A stretch of DNA of 64,000 nucleotides from Eledone cirrhosa (GCA_964016885.1 OZ024740.1:328104001-328168000); one strand, 5' to 3'. Counted from the stretch's first letter, positions 31,881-47,130 are shown. Translations and numbers: made by a program. The notes: generated by a model not told the origin, from the sequence alone.

Positions 31881-34301
31881 AAATCAGGTTTTCTTTTTAT
31901 TCTGCCTTCATTAATGAAACATAGCCTTCACTGTACTCACAAATGTAGCGATGTCTGAATCACATGTACAAGATTGAACACTTATTGGCGTAGGAGAATT
32001 AAACGATTTGGTAATTATATAATTCAGAGACGTTATCCGCAAGGAATACAAATAGTTAAGTTAGTGTAAACATATATAATCCATTGGGTATTGAAAAATT
32101 GGATGGAAATAAATTCAAATATTAACTAATATCAATACGATTTAATGTTTTAATAATTTTCTAACGGGAGAGTTGGGGGTTGGGAGTTGTAATTAGAAAA
32201 AGAAATATTATACAGGAATAAGTATTCTTTCACAAACCCCAGTTGACCTAGTTTCAATTTAGGTCTATTTACTGTACAGTGACTCCCTAATGATACAGAA
32301 TTAATAGTAACTTTCATCCTAAAATAAATCCAAGTTTTGCAATGATTTATCAAGTTACGTAACAAGCCTGAAAACTGCTGCTAAAATATCAACTAAGGAT
32401 TTATTTATTTCCTGTTCTGTTTAGTCGATTGTGGTAAATTTCACGTGTTACAAATCTGTTCCCACATATTAAACACGAATTAGATTTGAAATTTCAACTA
32501 GAAATGTGGTGAGAACTGTTGAACAAGAAGTATGCCCCAGGCTAGTGGGAGACCCTTACTCAATTGACTTAATTTCACTTCACTTATGTTTCTAACATCA
32601 TAAGGGAATGGATAACATACCCCACCCTCATTCTTAATGAAAGAAAGTGTCACAAAAGGCAAGAACGATCTACCAAATTTCGGACAGAACGGAGTATGAG
32701 ATCGGGTTTTAATATATATGTAGCAATGTCGGTTCTTTATTCTGCTAATGTTCTCTTGTCCTTTTATCTAGATATGTGAGTCCTTCAAACAAACTAGTAA
32801 ATAATTTAACAGATGTTAGCATTTGACAACTGAAAATCAAGGTCTATTATATATTCCATTAAATGTCACATGAACATAAATTCTTTGCATGTGTTCAATT
32901 AGATATGTCCCTTGTCCTACATGCATCAGCCTCCAGTTGGTGAAGTAACTTAAATTTACTCGTTAATAGATGAGGAGTAATTTTGGTCACATCATGTATC
33001 ACCTTTAAGTAGTTTTAAGGACACTATCTATTAACGGGTTAATTAAAACCACGATGAGAATGTTTTGCATTTAATTTCAACATAGTTGTCTTATTGATAA
33101 TTTCACATGAGTGGTGAAGCTGATAAATTCTAGGCATATTTAATCTGAAAGTTCTCCTTAGTTCACACTTAAAAACCTTCGAAAAGAGGATAGAAATTGC
33201 AAAAGAAGACAACAACTGCAAAGAAAACCAATGATTCAAAATAAAAAGTGTGTAAATGACACGAAGCTGACCAGTCCTATTAAAAGGACACCATGCAAAC
33301 AAGTGACAGCGCCTTGAGATTAAAACTGGGAGTTCTGAAGTATAAAACTGAGGATGATTTGTTGTATGAGAAGGTGAAATTAAGGCCGGAATTTAACCAA
33401 TATTCAAATTGAAGAATGTTGTTGAAGATCAACTAAATAATCTATCACACTATAAAGTTGGCACTCCCAAATCTATTGGATGTTTTACATTTCTTTTCAA
33501 CATAGGATGATACGCTCGTGAGATCTTAGCAAGTGAATTGTTCTAAGACACAGAGACAGGTTCGTCACCAGTCTTAGGTGATGGGATGGAGGAGGCTTCG
33601 GAATTCTATTTCACAATAGTTCAAAGATGGTGTTTCGAAATAAGCATATCCTGTACATTTTTTTATAATTCTGACGGTGCATCATTGGAAAGGGACAGTG
33701 TCATCCCGTGCCATTCCTTGGTGAGAAGCCCACAATTCATGTAACAAATCCATATTCCAATATAATATTTATAGGAAATAGTTTTCCATTGAGACCAAAG
33801 ATTATTGTTGTTCGACTTGCATTCCATCCACGCTCAATTGCTAAAAATAAAAACAACCCAAAACAAAATAAAAGGCTTAAGTCCCTCGACTTGCTAGATA
33901 CGCCAGACAAGTCTTTCCGGAAACACATAATATAGCTCTGCATAGTTTGAAAAAAAAACATGGTTAAGCTTATATAATTTCGAACGTAAATCTGCTGAAA
34001 TGATAGAGAAATAACAAAAATGATATTATAAACACCAGCACTACAACCACCACGACCACCACCAACAACAATACTACGAACTCGATGCACTAAAAAAGCT
34101 AGAAATAGCAGCCAATTCTTCCTCAAATTATATTTTAACATCATTAAAAAAGAGGAACAGCGTGCCATGTAATGTACATATATCCTATAGGGATGTGTAG
34201 GAATACATATATTTATAGGTTTCCTTGATCAGACTGATCTGGAGCTAAGCAACAACATCAACACACGAAATAATATTACCTTACACTGTCATAAACCTAA
34301 G

Positions 34302-34380
<79 letters not shown>

Positions 34381-36312
34381 ACACACACACACTCTCTCTC
34401 TTCTCTTTTCTCTTTCTCTCTTTGTTAACTCTCTACTTGTTCATTTCTTTCGGCTACGTCTGCCCGTCTCGTCTTGAGTCGCCTCGCAAGTGTTCGCTTG
34501 TGTCAATATACCACCGACAGCTAATAAACATATGATATTCTTTCACTGCCAGTTGTTTTCACAGTCAATGCAATTGGTTTATGTGAATCTTGGTGGGAGC
34601 TGAGAAAAACACAGACATGTAATAGTCTGCTATACAATAAAACAATTTTGGTTCGTGCCAACAAAGGAGTCTTTATTGAAATCGCTCCACCTGCTAGAAA
34701 TAAGAGCCAAATCAAACTATGCTGTTTAAAAAACAAAATAGAGAAACACGTTGGATAATTTAGTCATAGATACACTATGTCAGACTAAAAGATGAGCTTG
34801 TTATAGTTGAGACGTTTTTTGACAATCGCTCTACCGAACGAGAAATTGACTTGCGTCTAAAAAAAACAACAAAAACAGAATTAATAAATAAACAAAAAAA
34901 TAAAAACACAGATGACAGCGACAACAACAGCAATAACAGTAACAACAACAACAAGAATAACACCAAAATTGCAGTCATAATTTTTGTATATTTTTGGGAG
35001 AGATGAGGTATTTTGCCAGATGTTTTTCCGGTCTGAACAAATTAGTTTGGGTATCATTTAATATACCAAGCTAGCAGTTAATCTTCTACATTCACGTAAG
35101 ATTAAAAGCTAATGAAACAATATTTTCCCTTTGATTCAACCTAAAGTCCGTATATTTTAGAAGAAAATAGAAAGAATACAAAAACGAAACGAAAGAAATC
35201 ATTCATGTCTTTCCGAAATACATTATCAGTGTAAATTAAGTGTAATGGCTTCAAGCAAGTTTTAAGGGGATTTAACTCTTGTTCTACGGTGACCAGCTCA
35301 GAATGCCAAGGCAGAAAGTATCAAATGCATAGCAAAGGGATTGGTGATAGGGGAAGACGGGAAGTGACACTGACGTTTGCAGGTTGTCCCAGACAAGTGA
35401 GATTGATGGGGGTATAAATTAAGTTTAAACATATGTTGGTTGATGTTTATAGGATAAACATAGACGGCGGAGGAAATTTAGAAGGTTTCAATCTGAGCAT
35501 GATCTCTGTGATATGAGACAGTAATAGTAACGGGATGTACAGACGTATTTTTTTTTAGTGGGTCTAGATGGAAAAGTGGGTTTGCAACTTTTTAATTCAT
35601 AAAAGCAGAGATTATTGTAGCAGCGATAGAAGATGCTATATGGGAAACCAAACACTCACGAGCTGGTAGCTGTAGTATGTTAGTTATTGAACCATTACCA
35701 ACGAGTTTAATGACTTTCTTTTTGATGTGGTCTACAACCAGTAGAATGGCAGAATCACCAAAGAGCTGGAGAGAATGCCTTGCGGCATTTGTTCCGGCTA
35801 TCTGTGCTCTGAGCTGAAAAACCACCGAGGTCAACTTTGCCTTTTATCCTTTTGGGGTCGATAAAATTAAGTACTAGTTCAGGGCGGCTTAATTTGTTGA
35901 CAAGTTTAACACTACAACTTCACTCCTGGATAAATTTGGTGGAGTTTACTCCATAACAAGCATCTGGTTGAAGCTATTTTTCTCCTTCTCTCTAGTCTCG
36001 GAAGCCCAGAAAAAGTTCATGAGTGCTACTTTTCTTTCTCTGACTAAACAGTAAAAAAAAATACGTGCAGCAGAAAAAATACCCTCCAAAAGATGCAGGT
36101 CCTATTGAAATTTTTAAAGGGAAGCAACTGATTAAGTCAAGCATTTATGGAAATGGCATTAATACTACACGTGTTTATAGAATACTTAGCTACTTTCACA
36201 TTATTTTAACGATCGAATAACTAAATGTGCATCGTCAGATTTGTCGGCGGACCCACCATAATACACACACACACACACATATATATATATATTTATATAT
36301 ATATATATATAT

Positions 36313-36507
36313 ATAGGAACAAGTATGACCCCGACGGCAGAGCTCAAGCCGTTTCGATGGCTAATTCTGGACCCAGAATTAGCCGTCGAAACGGCTTGAG
36401 CTCTGCCGTCGGAGTCCTACTTGTTCCTATTACCCACTCTACTACTCTAAATATTGAGTACTTTGGTGCGTTATGGTCCATCTGGTTCCTTACCACATTT
36501 CCTTCGT
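36313..36507. mobile_element. Fold-back insertion, family D copy 2, opposite orientation
   Basis: Palindrome 36313-36430 (centre ~36371) plus tail; TA flanks. Confidence 0.85.
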
Positions 36508-37009
36508 TATATATATATATATATATATATATATAGCGGTAAGAAATTGTTTTCTTATATCAATGTTTAATGGGCTTCCACTGATGATTTATAAGTGCCC
36601 ACCTAAATATATTCTTACTTGAATATATATTAGGCTTCTACATAAACTGGAAACATTCTCCCAAACTTGTAGAAAACTTATAATGAAACAATTGTTTGGA
36701 AAGAGAGATATACTTTAACTTTAATTATATCTCATAAAATAATACAACTGGTTTTTCCACATTATACATATTGTTAGCACCCCAAACACTTAAATTGGGT
36801 TTATATTTTAATATAATCTAATGTTTGTTGAGTGAGATGGTTACCAGTCAGAGTTTAGCTTTAAACTGTTATTGTATTATATATATATATATATATATAT
36901 ATATTAATAAATATTTGTTCATGGTTCATATATTTGATATATATTTATCCTTATCGAGCCCTCTTTGGATTTTAGTCTTCAGATTTACTATTATTACTAT
37001 TATTACTAA

Positions 37010-37205
37010 GGGCGGTGGATTGGCAGTATCGGTAGAGGGTCGGACGCCATGCTTTCCAGCATAGTTACGTCCCTTTACGATCTGAGTTCAAATCCCGCCG
37101 AGGTTGACTTTGCTTTTCATCCTTACGGGGTCGATAAAATAAAGTACCAGTAATGCACTGGATAATTGCTGGCCTTGTGCCTAAAGTAGAAACAATTACT
37201 ATTAT
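37010..37205 (+). mobile_element. tRNA-derived SINE with Nin/Deu-type core, representative full copy
   Basis: Box A TGGCAGTATCGG, box B GTTCAAATCC, core TTTCATCCTTACGGGGTCGATAAAATAAAGTACCAG, (TTA)n tail. Confidence 0.85.
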
Positions 37206-38697
37206 TACTATATATATGTGTGTGTGTGTATGTGTGTGTGTATTAGTAATATTGATAAATAATTCATAGATGCAACGAACGAGAACATTATCGCAGAGGC
37301 AGAGTTTTACCAAAGAACTAAGCATATTTATTTTGAGGTATGTATATATTTTCCTCTTGTCAAACGCCTTTAGCTAGCTATCTTATATATATATATATAT
37401 ATATATATTCACACCTGCACCTGCTGACTCAGATCATATGTACCTATAGGTTGCAACGTTCGAAAAACATCTGTGACAATTTATTTATTTATTCATTTAA
37501 ATTGAAAGGAATATAGGAAGTATAATTTTCACGAGTCATTTGTCAAAATATAACTTGTCGGAAAGATTATATAGATTTCCGTTTGGAAATAATATAAGAT
37601 AAAGGAAGAAACAACATGTAAATCTTTAAATAGGCAGGTTTCGTTTTTGTAGAAGTTAGCGTGGGAATAATGTTAGGACAAAGTTAAATGTTATGAAAAC
37701 CTCATAAACATAAATATAAAATGGGTTTGTATCCCAAAGAGAGTACGTATTCAAATAAAACAATTGCATATACTAATTGGAAATGTAAGCATGAATAGAC
37801 AATTCACATGGATCCAGAAGAAAAAAAAAAAAAAAAAAAACGATCGATTTATGCGCATAGGTTGTACTTATTTTTCAAATTATTGTAGTGTTACTCTATA
37901 TATATATTTACGGCAAGTTTCGATAATACATTTGTACCCTCAGCGTATTTTTATGAAGTGAAAACTTATGTATTACTCAGCGAATTGGCAACGTCGTCTG
38001 CAAGTTAGACAAAATACATTGCAGCATTTATTCTGGATCTCTGCACACTGAGTTCGAATTCCATTTAAGTCAACTTACCATTTCATCTTTTCATAGTTGA
38101 TAAAATATGTAGATAAGTATGACGCTTAGAGACTCATCCGTTACACCTTTACATGCATAGCATGCATGGTCCTGTGACTCTTGAAGAAGTCGCAAGGGCG
38201 CCGTATTGACATACAGTGTTTCTAGGGTATTTTTTAAAAATCTGGTCGAGCCCAATGCTCTCAAGGTCTGAATACAACAAATTTCTTCCAGAGAAGGATA
38301 GAGAGAATGAGAAAAAGGAAGTGAGAGATATATAGAGGCTCGTATTTTTTTTTTCATCTCGAATGAATGAAAGGCAAAGTTGACCTCGGTAGGATTTGAA
38401 CGCAGAGAGCAGAGAGCCGAAACGGAAACCGCAAATTATTCGATCCAACATTCTAACGATCTTGCCAATCCGCCGCCTCAAACTACACATTTATTAATAA
38501 CGGTTTTAAAAGTATAACTTCCAGAGTAACTGTCGTGTTGTATTATTTACCCATTCTTAACCTATAACAAATCCTTGGAACTTTGCCAGTGAGAAAGCTG
38601 ATTTCTCCAGGCAAGAAAAACATCTTACATTCTAGAGCTTTGATAAGAAGTAAATTAATGCAGTGTTGAAACACGTACACTCACAAACATAGGCACG

Positions 38698-38777
<80 letters not shown>

Positions 38778-39504
38778 TACAATATATATATACTTATTAA
38801 TATACTTATTAATATAAGCTATGAGAGGACTCAATACGTTGCAGAGTTAAATATAATTTATGCCTGTACAGTGCTAAACCCTAAATCTGGTCGGACATCA
38901 CACATACGTAGATGCATATAGTTGTAGCCTTAATCAAAGCTGGATTAACACCCAAACAAAATAAACACTTCTTGTAGGCACCAAACGAAGAAGTAACCAG
39001 AAAATATTCTTCAGTGTTGGATTTATGATCCAAATGGTAAATTGAATCAGTTTTCCTTTTTAATTCATAAACAAATCTTGCCTGAGAGATGGTTCGTAAA
39101 ATAGATTGATTTCTTAACTTCTTATTTCTTATTCAACACATATATTTTAATGTCTGGCTAGTTATATAAAAAAACAAACAAAACAAAACAAAAAAGAAAC
39201 GATGCCCTATGCTTAGGTCATCATTTGACCTTAATCCGGCTCTTGTCAATTCTCAATTTACTAAAACTACACTTCAATACACGGAAGCAATACTTGTTTT
39301 CCAACCTCTGACAGAGAAGCAACTCTAGATACCATTCTTGCACACATTCACACACACACATATGCATACACACACACAAACATGTGTATGTGATTATGTG
39401 TGTGCTTGTATAATTCTCAGGGCAAGCTTATCTTAATCCTAAATTAATGATTTCATTATTTAACGATTCAATACAAATTATTATGTTATATATATATATA
39501 TATA

Positions 39505-39745
39505 GTGGTAGAACACTGGAAGGTAATATCCATAGTGGTAGAGCACTCAGTCCATGGGACGAGTTAGGTAGAAGTGGTTACACAACAGTTAGTTCACCAT
39601 ACCGAGAACAATTGTTTCACCTTAGCGGATCCTCAGCTCGGAATGGGCATGGTTATAGGAACCATGCCCATTCCGAGATGAGGATCCGCTAAGGTGAAAC
39701 AATTGTTCTCGGTGTGGTGAACTAACTGTTGTGTAACCACTTCTA
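39505..39745. mobile_element. Fold-back insertion, family E
   Basis: Palindrome 39569-39745 plus tail 39505-39568; TA flanks. Confidence 0.85.
39602..39641 (-). ncRNA. Minimal hammerhead ribozyme (mirror copy 39673-39712 has a C3A change)
   Basis: CCGAG-CUGAGGA-u cc gcuaa gg u-GAAAC-AAUU-GUU-CUCGG. Confidence 0.75.
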
Positions 39746-40164
39746 TATATATATATAAAATCAAGGTCTAGCAAATAGAGAAAATGTTTTAAAATAAATT
39801 TTAAAAAATTCGCAGTACTTACTATATGTGCCTTTACCGCGGTTTCATACTCCAGAATAAACGGAAAATTCAAGCGGATTTCCATTGAGAAGGGAGCAAT
39901 CTTCTCCCTCGGAGAATATAAAATTCCCGAGTTCAAATCACAAACGCCATACAAAACCATTTCGAAATGAGAGCGAATGATGGAAGAAATAATTCTGTCT
40001 GGTGCCGTGTGCAAAGACAAAAGGCAGGGTGGACAGGTCAATGTCCTGCCACTAGAAATAGCAGCAGTCCAAACGGCCAAAATTTTATCTCTACCTTAGG
40101 GGGAGATCAATAATAATAAAGTATGAATTCCTACATGTAAAAATATATATATATACATACATAC

Positions 40165-40205
<41 letters not shown>

Positions 40206-40268
40206 GATGAAATCGAAAATGCTACTGGAGTCTTATTTAAAAAAAAATATATATATATTTATTTGGTT

Positions 40269-40306
40269 CCTTTACCGGTTTCGCAGTTCTTCTGCTTTTC
40301 AAAAGT
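40269..40306 (-). ncRNA. Minimal hammerhead, U3:A8 core variant, solo
   Basis: CUU-UUGAAAA-gcag aagaa cugc-GAAAC-CG-GUA-AAG; between TA tracts. Confidence 0.6.
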
Positions 40307-40348
40307 AGAGTTGAGATGGAGGGTCTGTGTTTTTGTCATATATATATC

Positions 40349-40395
<47 letters not shown>

Positions 40396-40412
40396 CATAT
40401 ATATATATATAC

Positions 40413-40458
<46 letters not shown>

Positions 40459-40487
40459 ATATGTATATATGTATATATGTATATATG

Positions 40488-40594
<107 letters not shown>

Positions 40595-40607
40595 ATATGT
40601 ATATATG

Positions 40608-40645
<38 letters not shown>

Positions 40646-40719
40646 TATAATATACATATATATATATACATATATATGTATATATGTATATATGTATATA
40701 TGTATATATGTATATATAC

Positions 40720-40779
<60 letters not shown>

Positions 40780-40822
40780 GTATATATATATATGTATATA
40801 TATATATGTATATATATATATG

Positions 40823-40874
<52 letters not shown>

Positions 40875-40954
40875 TATATATATATATATATACATACATA
40901 TATATATGATATATATATATGTATATATATACATGTATATATATATATATATAT

Positions 40955-41532
40955 ATATTGTTATACTTTGGGAGGGTCATGTTGCCAATAAGAAACACAC
41001 GCACCAGTTGCTTTCACTTCAATTTATTATAATACATTTATAATAAATTTATAAATTTATAAATTTCTGGTTGGTTGGTTGGTTCCACAACCAGATAGTT
41101 GTTTATATATAGTCATAGTTCTTTCGTCACACACTCTGTGACCTCTTCAGTGACTGGGGTTTCCTTTCTTTGTTTCTGTGCCTCTCCTTTGTTCTGTCCT
41201 ACGCCATTTTGTTTCAGAAACAAAATGGCGTAGGACAGAACAAAGGAGAGGCACAGAAACAAAGAAAGGAATCCCCAGTCACTGAAGATTTCACAGAATG
41301 TGTGACGAAAGAACTATGACTATATATGTAAACAACTATCTGGTTGTGGAACCAACCAACCAACCAGAAATTTATAAATTTATAAATTTATTATAAATTT
41401 ATTATAATAAATTGAAGTGAAAGCACTGGTGCGTGTGTTTCTTATTGGCAACATGACCCTCCCAAAGTATAACAATATCGGTTTCAACACACGATTTCAG
41501 ATAAAGAATCCTGCTAAACAAATTCAGAAACG

Positions 41533-41534
<2 letters not shown>
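40955..41534. mobile_element. Fold-back insertion, family F
   Basis: ~520 bp palindrome 40955-41478 (centre 41216) plus tail. Confidence 0.9.
41111..41155 (-). ncRNA. Minimal hammerhead ribozyme (mirror copy 41277-41321 +)
   Basis: AGUCA-CUGAAGA-g gucac..gugac-GAAAG-AA-CUA-UGACU. Confidence 0.75.
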
Positions 41535-41588
<54 letters not shown>

Positions 41589-43290
41589 ATGTAACTATCA
41601 TCAAAATATAAGCAACAGATCTGAACATGTGTAGAGAGATGTATACATGTGTGAACAAGCGTAAACAGCTGTGAAAATGCGCAAACATATGTGAACAGAC
41701 ATAAAGGTGTATACAGGTGTGAATAAGTGTGAACAGTGAAGTGTGTTGTTAGGACGGTTGATTACTTACCAAAAGTCTAGCCAACGAAGATTCCAGAACA
41801 TAATTGCTTCATGTTCTAGAAATAACACCTCAATCTCACTCATATCTCATTCAAATCGCACCCACATTAAAGATTAAACTGATAGATTGAATAATTTAAC
41901 CGTAGATACTCTAAGACTGAAACAATGACGGACTGGCCACCGCTGTAATATCTTTATTCATAGATTTACTTGATTATGAATTGCCTAGGGTTAAACAGTA
42001 ATAAACTCAATATCAGTGACAACACAACACAACCCAATGGCAAAGCCTCTACTGGTTGTGTCAAAGGCTAGAAATAGCAATTAAACAACACTTAGAGAAC
42101 TCCTTACCGTCTTAGATAAGTAAAAGAGATATTAGATAATTCAGCCATACATATTACTAAAAGAAAACGGGATGGTCACAGCTGGAATACCTTTAATTAT
42201 ATATTTGCTCGATCAAGTTTGAACTAGGGTTAATATTCCGAACGAGTATTTAGGTAATTGTTTGGGTCTGTGATATGCTGACATTTTCCTGCTATATGGC
42301 TTATTTTCTATATAATATTATACGGGATTTTATTATCTTTTAACTACAATGTGTATATGGACATTGTTGGCTGTTGCCAACATCTTATCGTTATCTCCGA
42401 TGTAAACAGAGATAAAAAAAATGTCATTTGAATCGTAGTTTCGTTATTTCTACAATTATGCATCTGTTTGTTGGTTTTACTCATCTTTTCCACATAACAA
42501 CCCTAGAAATGCTGTCACATACCTAAGGAACTTTGAAAACGTTTGGGTCTTACTATTCCATTTAACTATATACTTGAAGTCAAAAGTGATAGGTCTCCTA
42601 AAGATATCATCACGTAACGATCTAACTCTATCATTGTAACCTTAATTGCACATAGAAGCAAACTAAAAGTCGAATTTGAATACATTTTCTTCCAAAATAT
42701 GCTTAAATTCAGAGAATATTTATTTATATGAATTTTAAAATCTTTAAGTAAATAATTACTCCATTTTAAGCAATATTTATCTCGGCATCAATATACTTTG
42801 TTGACCTAAAGAATTACAGCGAATTAAATTAAATTGATATATTAGAATATTCCATTCATATGAGGCAAATATAAACTATTTCCCTTCTAGAGAGGAAGTA
42901 ATACTATATAATTCAAAATGGCGGTATGATAGATTTGAAAAAGATGATAATCCAAGCCAGAGGAGACTAAATATTGCAAATTAACTTGTAACTTTCAAGC
43001 TAATTGTTATCCAATGAACTGTACTAATTAATATAAATATATTTAAATCTGCAACACCTTGAGTTCTCTATTACTTATTTTATATTGATAAGCAACACTG
43101 TGTATGTTACAAGCATGTGGTGTGTGTCTGTTGTGTGTGTGTGTGTGGGGGGGGGGGGGGGCATGTAAAACAAGTCAATTCAATCGACTCTACCTCTTTT
43201 GCTACAGTTGGTATTTTACATTTAAATAAGTGAAACATAAATACACATACTTAAAGCACTCACACGTAAATGAACACACACAGCGAGCAC

Positions 43291-43438
<148 letters not shown>

Positions 43439-43923
43439 CTGATAAGCTAGATATATAACTAAAAAGGTAAAAATACAAAAAAAAAAAAGAAAATAGGAAA
43501 AAGCTAAAGAAAATAAGAAAAAGATGAGCGAAAAACAGATGTTTTTTCAAGTTGACAAAATATACAGAATTACTTAGAAGTCTAGAATACAGAATCTTTC
43601 GTTGATGAAGTGTAGGCAATCTGAAGGTAATATCACACTCAAACATGTTGTATTATGTTGACTTTGTAATGATAGAGTGTGTTGGTGTAGAAATATAAAT
43701 AAATATCGAGTTCTTTCTATTAGTATATTTATTTTATTTATATCGCAATTGGCGAATAATAGGCGTCATTGGTTACTTGTTTCAAGCGGGCCAATTGCGG
43801 CGAGAGTGAGAATGGACTGTCTATAACTTTGTATAGAGCAAGTATAAAAAAGTACTCACGCGTATAAAGTAGCCATTTACATCTATGTACACAGAGAGAC
43901 ACGCACACACATCCCCCTCCAAC

Positions 43924-43958
<35 letters not shown>

Positions 43959-43994
43959 TGTATGTATGTATGTATGTATGTATGTATGTATGTA

Positions 43995-44745
43995 TTGGTT
44001 AAGAGAGTGGGACTGGCTTTGTGCAGTGTCTTTGCTCACTATGAAAGCTTCACGGCACAGGCATTGCTTTATATCTGGAGATCTCTATGCACTTGTCGTC
44101 ACATGGTACCATGGATCCAGCACTATGTGTCAATAATTGTCACAAGTGTAGTGTTTGTACCAGAGTTTTCAAGTCGCTGGCTGGACTAAAAAGTCACACT
44201 CGTTCAGCGCATCGGTAAGGGTTCTCCTACATGGATATAAAGTAGTGGCCGTACTCGAAAACGAGTTGGCAGCCACCATGTATGTATGTATGTGTGTATG
44301 TTGGCGACTAAACCGGCAACCCCACCAAGCTTGCTTGGTGAGGAGGGTGATATTTGGACATCCTGCGGGATGAAATACAAGACTCGGCAAAGGGCGGAGG
44401 AACTCAGCAGAGTCAACGGCCATCCAAATAGTACTTTTTTTAACCTGGGAGTGAAAGGCCCCCAGTTGTTATCACAACACTATTCTAAGAGAGGAAACTG
44501 TGAAAAAAGACCTGCGGCTTCGGAAGCATCCGATGATGTTGACTAGTTCTCATTTTCGGGAAGTGTTTTCGATGCTCAGAGAGTGCGATTGGTCGAGTGC
44601 AAGGCCTCTCCCCACCAAAGCACACAGGCATTGCTTGTTCAGGATCTGTTACAGGTTTGTGTGGCTGGCCGTAGCCTAAAAGTGCACTAAACTCTATAAT
44701 CTGACAAGCGATTGCAGTATTCTTAGCAGAGTTTGCAGCCATCAT
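43995..44745 (+). mobile_element. Two tandem LINE-derivative insertions in (TATG)n (B; then A+C)
   Basis: 43995-44210 matches 14146-14359; 44300-44545 resembles 13886-14117; 44640-44742 resembles 3490-3585. Confidence 0.7.
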
Positions 44746-44764
44746 ACATGTGTATATATAGATG

Positions 44765-44859
<95 letters not shown>

Positions 44860-44956
44860 CAGGGTATCTGCAAAAATGTATATACACTTCAACAGCATTC
44901 TAATAAATATTGCCAGTACAGGTAATCAAAGTGTGTATACAATTCCTTGGGACACC

Positions 44957-44959
<3 letters not shown>
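44860..44959. mobile_element. Tc1/mariner-type MITE, 100 bp
   Basis: Imperfect TIRs cagggtatctgcaaaaatgtatatacac / gtgtgtatacaattccttgggacaccctg; TA on both sides. Confidence 0.75.
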
Positions 44960-45032
<73 letters not shown>

Positions 45033-45035
<3 letters not shown>

Positions 45036-45572
45036 TATGTGTTAGTTAGTTACCGATACTTCAGTATGCAGGGTAGAACACTCAACGAAGTGTGCAGGTG
45101 GGTTTGTTTACTCCGGAGTAATTTAAAATTTAAAAACAAGAAGTGTAAGTCAACAGGTTAAAATTAATTTCGTTTATTCATATTCGCCGTTATATAAATA
45201 TTTCGGTGATAACCATTATTCAACAGCTATGACTTCATCAGACAGCTAGAAATTGAACAGAAAAAACAGAAAAACATAATGATGGAACAAAGTTTATCTC
45301 TATCATTCAACATTTTTTATTTGCCAAGTCATGAAGTATGGTGTTGTTTTCTCAAATATATGCCGCCAGTTCTTTGAGACAACAACACCATACTTCGAAA
45401 CTGGGTATATCAAAATATCGAAATAACAGAGGTAAGCTTTGTTGCATCATTTTTTTTTATGTTGTTTCTGTTCAAGTTCTAGCTGTCTGATGAGCTCATA
45501 GCTGTTGAATAATGGTGGTTATCACCGAAATATATATAACGGCAAATATAAATAAACGAAGTTAATTTTAAC
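45033..45572. mobile_element. Older, diverged fold-back insertion, family G
   Basis: Imperfect arms ~45157-45353 / 45373-45572; tail 45033-45156. Confidence 0.8.
45482..45543 (+). ncRNA. Hammerhead ribozyme (mirror copy 45186-45246 -)
   Basis: GCUGU-CUGAUGA-g..auagc..guuau..c-GAAAU-AUAU-AUA-ACGGC. Confidence 0.65.
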
Positions 45573-45599
45573 TCAGGTAGAATTCATTGCGCAGACTTC

Positions 45600-45965
45600 T
45601 TTAGTGGATAAGTGTCTCAGTCTTCGCAGCACTAATTTTCATTCACACCGTGCAGTACTTGGTAGAAAGCTTATCAAGTGCTTGTTGAAGTTCGCCTTCT
45701 GGCGAGTTAAGTCAGGTCAGCAAATAAAGTGTTCTGACAGACCATCCTCCAATTTCGTAATATGTCCTACTCCACGCCTGCTATCAAGAACATCCCCGAG
45801 GTTCTTTTCTCGTCAGAGATGTGCATCCTCACGAGTTGGAGAGAATACTTTGTTGGTCTCCTAAACCAGCTCAAAACATCTTCTGATGTACACACGTTGC
45901 ATCTGGGAACGATGACTGATCTCTTTGAGCCTGGGGTCAAAAGACCAGTTAAAGAGCTCAAACGT
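45600..45965 (+). pseudogene. RTE-like LINE endonuclease-RT linker relic
   Basis: AIKNIPEVLFSSEMCILTSWREYFVGLLNQ. Confidence 0.55.
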
Positions 45966-46199
45966 GACGGACGTTATCAAGCAGTTGCCACCGTACTATG
46001 TAGTTTCTATATAATAATTATCTGCATCAACTACAATCTTATTGCGTAATTGATCATACTCCACACACTCAGTGCAACCACTCGCAAAATTTCTCTACCA
46101 TAAATCCACAACGAACCCGATCCTATTGATTTTCATGCACAAGGCAGGAAAATTTAATTTCCAATGGTTTGATCGATTTTGGTTTACCTTCAATAACAT

Positions 46200-46820
46200 T
46201 GATCAGGTCTAAAGCTACTAGAAAAGTTGCTTGTTGGTAGAAATGTTCATTGTTTCATCTACAATAAAGAAGTTTGCTGAATTTATCTTAGACACCAAAT
46301 CATTGAAAGCATGGAAACCGATCACATTTGAAAAAATGCAAGTTCTTTTAGTTCTTGAGCAATTGATGCCTTTGGCGATCCTTGAATCAGAGCATACGTT
46401 GGCAATAAAGCCAGGCAAATTGTCCTTGCGTATTATCAATGGAAACTATTCAAGTAAAACGTCCACTGATCGATTGAGAGCGAATAGTGTGTTATTATTG
46501 GCTACCAGGTTAATACGGAAAATGGTTGGCTACCGATTTGAAATAATGCGCAGAAGAGTATTAATGTCAAGTGAGATCTGACGGGAAAATACATATAATG
46601 GATAGCTTCTTGACGTTACAGTCGTTATAACTGATGAATGGTAAATCATAAAATGGTGATTTTAGAATATCAATTCAGCTAAATTCGCAATGAAGTACAA
46701 TCTATAAAACGTACCAAAACATCTGGACGTGGCACCAAACGTACAGCAAATAACAAATTAAGGGCAAATTAAAGGCAAATAGTACCAAATTTGTACGAAT
46801 GTATCAACTTCGACAGCCCT
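46200..46820 (-). mobile_element. hAT-like transposon relic: end plus transposase fragment
   Basis: CSRTKRTCIFSNVIG..FFIVDETMNISTNKQL; terminus CAGGGCTG at 46820. Confidence 0.6.
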
Positions 46821-47065
46821 GGTTACTGCCCGACGAAACGGCAAGAACTCGACCATCGAGCAGTAACTCATTACAATATCTACACTCCATCTCATTACAA
46901 TATCTACACTTCAGTATCGAGTAATAAGATGAAAAAAGGTCTTACTAGTTGAAACTGGTAACTTCCAATCTAAATCTCTCTCTTTTCTAATATATATATA
47001 TTAGAAAAAGCAAAATGAATGCTTCACCCACCTCCATTGGATGTATCAAGAAGATACACACACAC

Positions 47066-47130
<65 letters not shown>

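Noticed and set aside
46925-46966. AUGAAAA...GAAAC-UG-GUA
   Set aside because: Degenerate core and stems.
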